This document shows, one piece after another, positions 57,334 through 64,000 of a DNA stretch of 64,000 bases. Under the pieces are notes generated by a model, which did no database searches, was not told where the DNA came from, and was given only the letters and a program-made list of their open reading frames with translations. This DNA is from a bacterium. GTDB lineage: Bacteria; Bacillota; Clostridia; Oscillospirales; CAG-272. The DNA is taken from the NCBI GenBank assembly GCA_963643035.1, contig CAVIKO010000004.1:3248-67247 (forward strand), written 5' to 3'. Numbering within the stretch: position 1 is the first letter of the stretch; every line of letters begins with the position of its first letter. The translations under genes were made by a program, and so were the position numbers.

Positions 57334-58290
57334 TTACAGCACCCTGTGGATTCCGGCTCCCGTTTTGGTGAATGCGTTAAGGTTCTGATCGAGTATATCG
57401 ATCAGGCACAGTCTCGCCTCCGGCGTTGTCCAGGCGCAGTGGGGGGTGATGACGGCATTTTTCGCTGTCAGCAGCGGATTGGCACGATCTGCAGGTTCCT
57501 TTGCCAACACGTCCAGTCCCGCGCCGCCGAGCCGCCCATCGTTTAACGCGTCCGCTACGTCCGATTCGTGGAGAACCGCGCCGCGCGAGGTGTTGATGAG
57601 GATCGCCCCCGTTTTCATACGTCCGATGAAATCTCGGTTGACCATGCCACGCGTCTCATCGGTCAGCGGACAGTGGAGGGAAACGATGTCGCTTTCTGCA
57701 AGCAGTGTGTCTGGCGCAGTATACAAAATGCCGTTTTCCTCCCCGGATTGCTTTGACCGTCTGGTGCCAAGCACACGCATCCCGAACGACTGGCACATCA
57801 AGCCGAACCGTTCTCCAATCGCGCCGCAACCGTAGACGCCGACTGTTTTCCCAGCAAGTTCATGGAACCGTACCGTCTGGTACCGGAATCCCGGAATTCC
57901 CGTCCATTTGCCGCTTTTAACGATTGCGGTGAGTCCGTCAAGATCGGCAAAAAAGGACAGCATCAGGGTAAATGCGTGCTGTGCCACCGACATCGTGGAG
58001 TATCCCGGCACGTTGCAGACCTCGATTCCACGGCTCCTGCAGGCGGCGATGTCGATCATATCGTATCCGGTGCCGAGCGCGGAAATATAGCGGATGTGCG
58101 GGCAGGCGTCCAGCACTGCGGTCGTGATGTGTACCCGGTTTGTAAATACGACCTCCGCATCTCCGATTACCGCCGCAGCATTTTCCTCCTCCGTCTTGTC
58201 ATATACGTGCACATCGCCGTATTTGTCGAGAAAATCCCACGAAAGATCTCCCGGATTGACGGCAAATCCATCCAAAACTACGATTTTCAT
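57334..58290 (-). CDS. D-isomer-specific 2-hydroxyacid dehydrogenase
   Basis: NAD motif VGVYGCGAIGERF and C-terminal PHCAWTT. Start is the internal ATG (MKIVVLDGF). Confidence 0.88.
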   Translation of the reverse strand: MKIVVLDGFAVNPGDLSWDFLDKYGDVHVYDKTEEENAAAVIGDAEVVFTNRVHITTAVLDACPHIRYISALGTGYDMIDIAACRSRGIEVCNVPGYSTMSVAQHAFTLMLSFFADLDGLTAIVKSGKWTGIPGFRYQTVRFHELAGKTVGVYGCGAIGERFGLMCQSFGMRVLGTRRSKQSGEENGILYTAPDTLLAESDIVSLHCPLTDETRGMVNRDFIGRMKTGAILINTSRGAVLHESDVADALNDGRLGGAGLDVLAKEPADRANPLLTAKNAVITPHCAWTTPEARLCLIDILDQNLNAFTKTGAGIHRVL

Positions 58291-58301
58291 TGGCGCACCT
58301 C

Positions 58302-59192
58302 TCACCGGATCGTTCTGCCGTCAAAGAGGAACAGTCCAACTCCCGAACCCATCGTGCCGCCGTTTTCAATATGCGCTGCAAGAGCCTTTTGGAGACTGGT
58401 TTTCCGCGGCAGATGCTCCGGTGAATAGGAATCGCGAACACCGAAAATACGCCAGAGATCGCCGCAGTCCGCGCGTCCTTCCGAGGCAACAATGTGGAAG
58501 TGATCCATAAAACGACAGATGTTGGAGTCCGGTTTCATGAAATCGCGGTTACCCTCGTAGAGCAGCCATGAGCCGCAGTGGAATACCGCCCAGCCGGTCT
58601 GCCCGAAGAAATCGTAGGCGCGGCGGAACGAATCCAGCACTGTCTCCTCCGGAAATGGTCCGTCCGCCGGGATGTGGATGTTGATCACCCGGTCGCCGGA
58701 CTGTACCGTTGTATCGCCGCAGACAAAGGTCGGCCCCTCATAGGAAATAAGGTGAAATTCCAGTCTGCCGAGACGGAGAATCTCCCGTGTGAAGAAATTG
58801 TGGACCCAGCCAAACTGTCGCAGTCCCCAGTGTCCATAGTTTTCAAGACACGTTATGCTCCATACCTTGATGTCACGCATAGAGTCGATGTAAATCTCGT
58901 CTGACAACCCATGCGCTGTGTAATCTGCGTGGAAACAGGGGGCGATAAGCAACGCCGCGGTCATCATTCCGGCGTCATGCTCCATATTCTGTCTGTCGCA
59001 CATCGCATAGATCATGTCAAAAGTCTGCGCCTTATGCTTGTTTTCGCGCACCGCTTCGGTCAGTGCGATGAGGGAAAAACGTTCGTTTTCGAGAAATACA
59101 GGCGCAATCGGTTCCGCGATTTTTATGGCATCCGCAGGCATATCGATAGCGTGGGCAATCTCCTGCCAGTATGCAAATGGATATTGATTCAT
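58302..59192 (-). CDS. hypothetical protein, possibly an acyltransferase-like (GNAT_C-type) domain protein
   Basis: 296 aa starting MNQYPFAYWQEIAH after GGAGAA. The family assignment is from memory and weak. Confidence 0.7.
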   Translation of the reverse strand: MNQYPFAYWQEIAHAIDMPADAIKIAEPIAPVFLENERFSLIALTEAVRENKHKAQTFDMIYAMCDRQNMEHDAGMMTAALLIAPCFHADYTAHGLSDEIYIDSMRDIKVWSITCLENYGHWGLRQFGWVHNFFTREILRLGRLEFHLISYEGPTFVCGDTTVQSGDRVINIHIPADGPFPEETVLDSFRRAYDFFGQTGWAVFHCGSWLLYEGNRDFMKPDSNICRFMDHFHIVASEGRADCGDLWRIFGVRDSYSPEHLPRKTSLQKALAAHIENGGTMGSGVGLFLFDGRTIR

Positions 59193-59208
59193 AAGTTTCT
59201 CCTTGGTA

Positions 59209-60153
59209 TTAAGCCGGAATGACAAATAATGTAATACCGATGACGGTTAGCGCGAGACTGATAATATTATTCTTGCCGATCTTTTCCCGGAAGCAGAGCC
59301 AGCCGAGAACCGCGGTCAGAAAGATCACGATTCCGGAGAGAAGCGGGAACTGGATCGAGGAATCCATTGTCAGAGCGCAGCGTAGCGAGAAGATGTTTCC
59401 GAGTCCGTTGCACAGCGCATAGCAGGCGGTCATGGTGATGCAGAGCAAGAAGATTTTTGGCACCATTGGGCCGTCGGCAAGCTCATAAAATACGGTGCGG
59501 AACGGCTTTTTGTCTCCGCGCGCACCGGTCACAATGGTCAGAATGAGCATCCCGACCCCGGTGATCGTCAGACAGACCACGGCATTTAGTAGCACAAATT
59601 CATCTGTACCGATGGCGTTCGGCGAGATTTGGTGCGCTTTTGAAAAAATGCTCACAAATCCGTTACCGCAGAATACAACGAGGGATAACAGCGTGTATTT
59701 GATGAAATCCGAGCGGGAGCGCGTCTTGCCGGACGGATCCTTTTCACAAAGCGATGGGATCAGCGATGCGCACAGCACAAGGATCCCAGCGATTTTGAGT
59801 ATCGTCACATCTTCGCCGAGCCAGAAGATTCCGTAGAAGAACGGCAGCACCATACCGCCCGCGAGGCAAAAGCCGGATACTGCCGAAACCTTGCCATAAC
59901 GCATCGCGAATAAGGATGCAATGGAGCACGACAGCCCTGATACCGCGTACAGAACGGAATAGAGTAGCGCGGTACCGTTGACGGCAAAAGAGCGGGTTTT
60001 TACGGCAAGATAGATTGCCATGCAGAGATATACCGAGAACTGGTTCCACAACGATACTGCAAATCCGCCACGCGTGTTTTTCTGAAAGTTCTTCTGGAAC
60101 AGAAACTGCACGGAGAAAAAAAGACAGGCGATGAGCAAATAGAGAAAATCCAT
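59209..60153 (-). CDS. DMT-superfamily-like 10-TM membrane transporter
   Basis: 314 aa and highly hydrophobic, with two roughly repeated 5-TM halves. Confidence 0.75.
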   Translation of the reverse strand: MDFLYLLIACLFFSVQFLFQKNFQKNTRGGFAVSLWNQFSVYLCMAIYLAVKTRSFAVNGTALLYSVLYAVSGLSCSIASLFAMRYGKVSAVSGFCLAGGMVLPFFYGIFWLGEDVTILKIAGILVLCASLIPSLCEKDPSGKTRSRSDFIKYTLLSLVVFCGNGFVSIFSKAHQISPNAIGTDEFVLLNAVVCLTITGVGMLILTIVTGARGDKKPFRTVFYELADGPMVPKIFLLCITMTACYALCNGLGNIFSLRCALTMDSSIQFPLLSGIVIFLTAVLGWLCFREKIGKNNIISLALTVIGITLFVIPA

Positions 60154-60174
60154 ACTTTGTCCTTATCCGCAAAG

Positions 60175-60218
60175 GAGGGAAAGACTGCCGGAAGCCGTGT
60201 TCTGGTGATCTTTCCCTC
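60175..60218 (-). other. perfect 10-bp intercistronic hairpin between the sugar kinase and transporter genes
   Basis: GAGGGAAAGA (60175-60184) pairs with TCTTTCCCTC (60209-60218) across a 24-nt loop. No T-run follows on the transcribed strand. Confidence 0.5.
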
Positions 60219-60241
60219 ATTTCGCTGTACTTCGTTATCTG

Positions 60242-61315
60242 TTATCTCTTAACCCGCGCGTTGCCGCCCCAGATCGACCAGATCTGCTCTTCATCTGCCG
60301 GCTGGCCGTAGTCGGTGAGGAACGTTGTGGCCAGAGCGCCGGACGCCCAGCCGAACTGTACCCACTTCTCGGAATCCCAGCCCTTGAGAATCGCGTACAG
60401 GAGACCGCCCACAAAACCGTCGCCGCCGCCGATTCGGTCGAGCACGTGGATTTCACGCGGTTCTGCGATGTGCCATTCGTCTCCGGCAAGTAAGATCGCG
60501 CCCCAGATGTGGCTGTTTACGTTTACGACCTGCCGCAGGGTGGTGGCGAATACCTCCGCGTTCGGGAAGGATTTCTTGACCTCGGCGATCATTTCCTTGA
60601 AGCTGTCAATCTTGGATGCGAGATCCTTGCCACCTGCCTCCGGTCCCTTCATCCCGAGGGCAAGCTGGAAGTCCTCCTCGTTGCCGACCAGAATGTCCGC
60701 GTAGGATGCGATCTCCGTAAAGATTTCACGCAGTTCCGCCTCTCTGTTTTTCCAGAAGGATGCGCGGTAGTTTAGGTCGAAGGAGATGCGTGTACCGTAT
60801 TTTCGTGCCGTACGGGCAAGCTCCAAACAGAACTGGCTCGTCTCCGGAGAAAGCGCCCCGATCAGTCCGGAAAGATGGAGAATCTGTACGCCCTCTTCAC
60901 CGAAAATGCGATCCACATCAAAGTCTTTGATGTTCAACGTTCTGCCAACTTCACCCGCTCTGTCGTTGCATACACGGGGACCGCGGGAGCCGTAGCCGCT
61001 GTCCGCAATGTTGAACTGGTGCCGGTATCCCCACGGACCGCCCTGCTCTACTTCCGCACCTTCGTAATCGATCCCGCGCGAACGGAGATTCCGCTTGATG
61101 AAATCCGCGATCGGACTGTCTTTTACAAAAGTCGTTAAGACCTTCGTTTTCATACCGAGATAGGACGCGACGGAAATCACGTTCGATTCCGCGCTCGTCG
61201 CCTGCATGAAGAATGTGTCCGAGGATTGTACAGGCTGTCCGTTCATGGGACAAATCCGTACTCCCATACTCGTAGGCACCACAATGGCGTATTTGCAGTT
61301 TTCACGTAATTGCAT
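60242..61315 (-). CDS. PfkB-family sugar kinase (2-dehydro-3-deoxygluconokinase-like)
   Basis: C-terminal DRIGGGDGFVGGLLY motif. Confidence 0.85.
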   Translation of the reverse strand: MQLRENCKYAIVVPTSMGVRICPMNGQPVQSSDTFFMQATSAESNVISVASYLGMKTKVLTTFVKDSPIADFIKRNLRSRGIDYEGAEVEQGGPWGYRHQFNIADSGYGSRGPRVCNDRAGEVGRTLNIKDFDVDRIFGEEGVQILHLSGLIGALSPETSQFCLELARTARKYGTRISFDLNYRASFWKNREAELREIFTEIASYADILVGNEEDFQLALGMKGPEAGGKDLASKIDSFKEMIAEVKKSFPNAEVFATTLRQVVNVNSHIWGAILLAGDEWHIAEPREIHVLDRIGGGDGFVGGLLYAILKGWDSEKWVQFGWASGALATTFLTDYGQPADEEQIWSIWGGNARVKR

Positions 61316-61474
61316 AGCTTTTATCCTTTCGTATGTACCTCAAAGGAGGCCGTTTTCAAAAAACACACCCAATAAACGTCGTAAGAAAAGACAGAGAAAC
61401 CAAGAGAATGTAGGGGGAAGAAAGTCTATATATCGACCTATCCGTATCGCTAAACAATATAGTAACTCCCTTTT

Positions 61475-61573
61475 TCTAAGGAACCTCTGAATCAATCGGA
61501 TTTTTTGCGATAAAAGGCTAGAACATAGGGACTTTTCTCGCAAAAATAACCTTAAATCAGAGGCTTCCTAATG
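61475..61573. repeat. palindromic intergenic repeat element, copy 2
   Basis: Same element as 26212-26309, in the same orientation. Arms are anchored by CTCTGA 61485-61490 and TCAGAG 61557-61562. Confidence 0.8.
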
Positions 61574-61595
61574 CGACCGTTCTTCTCGCATTTCT

Positions 61596-63050
61596 TTATG
61601 CGTTGTACTGTGTGGAAGCTGTGTTGCCGACCTCGCCGTCGTTCCAGTCGGTGTGGAAGAATTCGCCGCGCGGAGCGTCGATGCGTTCATAGGTGTGGGC
61701 GCCGAAATAGTCGCGCTGTGCCTGGAGGAGATTTGCCGGCAGCCGTTCGCAGCGATAGCCGTCGTAGTACGCGAGCGCGGAGGTCATTGCGGGCATCGGG
61801 ATTCCGGCAAGACAAGCGGCGGCGCATACCCGTCTCCAGCCTGCCTGCGCTTCGTCGATGGCGGCGTGGAAGTACGGCGTGGTCAGAAGATTCGTCAGCT
61901 CCGGATCTGCGTCAAAGGCCTCCTTGATCTTGCCGAGGAATACGCTGCGGATGATGCAGCCGCCTCGCCACATCAAAGCGATTCCGCCGTAGTTCAGATT
62001 CCAGCTGTAGGTCTTGGCGGCAGTCCGCATCAGCGTGTAGCCCTGCGCGTAGGATACGATTTTTGAGGCGTAGAGCGCGTTCTTCAGATCCGCGATGAAC
62101 GCTTTCCGGTCGCCTGTGAATTTCGCGATGGGCCCGGTCAGAATCTTCGATGCCGCCACACGTTCTTCCTTGATGGCACTGAGGCACCGTGCGAATACCG
62201 CCTCGCCGATCAGTGTCAGAGGAACGCCCTCGTCGAGGGCGGCAATACCTGTCCATTTGCCTGTACCCTTTTGCCCAGCTGTGTCGAGGATCTTTTCCAC
62301 AAGCGGGGAGCCGTCTGTGTCCTTGCGCGTGAGAATATCTGCTGTAATCCCGATGAGATAGCTATCGAGTACCCCTTCGTTCCAGTCAGCGAATACCGTG
62401 TGCATTTCGTCTGCTGTCATGCCGAGATAGTCCCGCATGATCTGGTATGCCTCGCAGATGAGCTGCATGTCGCCGTACTCAATTCCGTTGTGAACCATCT
62501 TTACAAAGTGTCCGGCTCCGCCTTCGCCAACCCAGTCGCAGCACGGCGAACCGTCGTCTACCTTCGCACAGATTGCCTGGAGAATCGGTTTAACGGAATC
62601 CCAGGCCGCGGGAGAGCCGCCCGGCATCATGGAAGGACCGATGAACGCGCCCTCCGCGCCGCCGGATACGCCCGTGCCGATGTACAACATTCCCGCCGCC
62701 TCTACTTCCTTGCACCGCCGCGCCGTGTCTGGAAAGTGTGAGTTGCCGCCGTCGATGAGGATGTCTCCCTTGTCCAGCAGCGGCAGGAGCTTTCCGATTG
62801 TTTCGTCCACAGGCGCGCCCGCACGAATCATCATCATGATCTTACGCGGCTTTTCGAGACTTTCCACCAGCTCCGCAAACGAGTGACAGCCGATGAAATT
62901 GTGTCCCTTGCCTCTGCCCTCCATGAATTTGTCCACCACACCGTCCCATACATCGTAACAGGCGACCGTAAAACCGTGCCGCTCCATGTTCATCGACAGA
63001 TTCTCGCCCATGACCGCCATGCCGATCATGCCAATATCCGCTTTTTTCAT
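61596..63050 (-). CDS. gnd: NADP-dependent 6-phosphogluconate dehydrogenase (decarboxylating)
   Basis: 484 aa with motifs IGMIGMAVMGENL, HNGIEYGDMQLI and FHTDW. Confidence 0.95.
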   Translation of the reverse strand: MKKADIGMIGMAVMGENLSMNMERHGFTVACYDVWDGVVDKFMEGRGKGHNFIGCHSFAELVESLEKPRKIMMMIRAGAPVDETIGKLLPLLDKGDILIDGGNSHFPDTARRCKEVEAAGMLYIGTGVSGGAEGAFIGPSMMPGGSPAAWDSVKPILQAICAKVDDGSPCCDWVGEGGAGHFVKMVHNGIEYGDMQLICEAYQIMRDYLGMTADEMHTVFADWNEGVLDSYLIGITADILTRKDTDGSPLVEKILDTAGQKGTGKWTGIAALDEGVPLTLIGEAVFARCLSAIKEERVAASKILTGPIAKFTGDRKAFIADLKNALYASKIVSYAQGYTLMRTAAKTYSWNLNYGGIALMWRGGCIIRSVFLGKIKEAFDADPELTNLLTTPYFHAAIDEAQAGWRRVCAAACLAGIPMPAMTSALAYYDGYRCERLPANLLQAQRDYFGAHTYERIDAPRGEFFHTDWNDGEVGNTASTQYNA

Positions 63051-63074
63051 TGTTTTTTTCTCCTTATGTTGGTT

Positions 63075-63908
63075 TTATCGTTTTTTCATTTCCGCGAGCA
63101 CCGTGTACGGGATCTCCATGTCACCAAGTCCGCGCCCAATCGAGATATGCGGCTTGAACGAGCCGTGAAAATCCGTGCCGCCGGAAATCGCAAGCCTATA
63201 CTTTTTCGCAAGCGACCGATATTTCTCCGCCATTTCCGCCGTGTAGTCCGTGTAGTAGCCCTCGATGCCGTGAAGCCCCGCTGTTGCCAAACGCGCTACA
63301 AACGCGTCCAGTGCATCGTCCGGCAGTTTCGTCAGATGGAGATGTGCAAGATACGCATCGCCCCCTGCCGCTCGAATAAGGGAGATCGCCTCTACGTCCG
63401 TGATCGCCTGCGTTTCGGAATAGCACGGACAGCCGACGTTCAGCCACCGCTGGAAAGCGTCGCGCGGACTTTCGGCGTATCCCTTTTCCGTCATGATTTT
63501 CGCGATGTGCGCTCGGCAGAGAACCCCACCGCCGGCGATCGCTCGTACCTCGTCTATGGATACGTCAATGCCGTGCTTTTTTAACATGGCGCACGTTTCT
63601 GTCAGCCGCTCTGTGCGAATATCCCGGATTCTGTCCAGTGCGTCGACGAGGGACTGCGCGTGCGGGTCGATAAAGTAACCGAGGATGTGCGTCTCCGTAG
63701 CCGATACCGCAGACAGCTCAATCGCCGGGATCACCTCTATGCCGATCTCACGCCCTGCCGCCATCGCCTCATCCACACCGGATACCGTGTCGTGGTCGGA
63801 TAACGCCATCGCGCAAAGTCCGGAGGCTTTTGCGTGTCGAACTAGCTCCGAGGGAGTCATCGAACCGTCCGAGCAGGTGGAGTGCGTATGCAGATCGATT
63901 CTCTCCAT
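63075..63908 (-). CDS. PHP domain phosphoesterase (TrpH/YciV-like)
   Basis: IDLHTHSTCSDGS at the N-terminus and GGTDFHG near the C-terminus. Confidence 0.85.
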   Translation of the reverse strand: MERIDLHTHSTCSDGSMTPSELVRHAKASGLCAMALSDHDTVSGVDEAMAAGREIGIEVIPAIELSAVSATETHILGYFIDPHAQSLVDALDRIRDIRTERLTETCAMLKKHGIDVSIDEVRAIAGGGVLCRAHIAKIMTEKGYAESPRDAFQRWLNVGCPCYSETQAITDVEAISLIRAAGGDAYLAHLHLTKLPDDALDAFVARLATAGLHGIEGYYTDYTAEMAEKYRSLAKKYRLAISGGTDFHGSFKPHISIGRGLGDMEIPYTVLAEMKKR

Positions 63909-63920
63909 GCCGCTCTCCTC

Positions 63921-64000
63921 TCAGCACGACCACAGTCCGAGTGCGGGATTACTGATGTAGAAGATCTTCTCGCCGTCGATTTCGTGGTAGCCGTCTGTCA
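63921..64000 (-). CDS. 3' end of an upstream gene running off the window (product unknown)
   Basis: The open frame reads ...TDGYHEIDGEKIFYISNPALGLWSC-stop and ends 13 nt before the PHP gene start. Confidence 0.4.
   Translation of the reverse strand, partial: TDGYHEIDGEKIFYISNPALGLWSC

Noticed and set aside
1-64000. CRISPR arrays, rRNA, intact transposases/integrases, toxin-antitoxin pairs or known defence-system gene sets
   Set aside because: I saw no regularly spaced direct repeats and no recombinase, transposase or Cas-like ORF. The only mobile-element traces are two truncated remnants (11231-11510, 13092-13385).

Overview
This is a 64-kb chromosomal segment from a fairly GC-rich Firmicute. 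Hand counts give about 57-65% G+C in most lines. Gene content, Gram-positive RBSs and the queT leader suggest Clostridia, Oscillospiraceae/Ruminococcaceae-like; that placement is inference. The window is densely coding (about 57 CDS) and mostly housekeeping or carbohydrate metabolism. It holds a pyrimidine operon (pyrC-pyrK-pyrD-pyrF-pyrE-pyrB-pyrI) behind a leader terminator, and a separate carA-carB unit on the other strand. It also holds queuosine salvage genes (queT, queH), a two-component system, and a block of signal-peptide-less glycoside hydrolases (SGNH esterase, GH2, sialidase-like, GH18, GH43). Further content: a dehydrogenase/solute-binding-protein locus with an AraC regulator, a [2Fe-2S] ferredoxin plus [FeFe]-hydrogenase pair, hisS/mazG-like/aspS, a lone tRNA-Gln, gnd and a sugar-kinase/transporter operon. 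I found no CRISPR array, intact mobile element, rRNA or recognisable defence system. Non-routine signals: (1) a pseudoknot-plus-terminator leader before queT, a candidate non-canonical preQ1 riboswitch; (2) a roughly 98-bp palindromic intergenic repeat in three copies with a compensatory stem change; (3) a promoter-to-terminator unit and twin promoters upstream of carA; (4) a paired-GTTTGG spacer inside hisS-mazG-aspS; (5) a translationally coupled cupin/radical-SAM-SPASM pair; (6) decayed gene remnants near pyrI and tRNA-Gln; (7) a low-GC island. All product calls come from motif recognition by eye; no searches were run.
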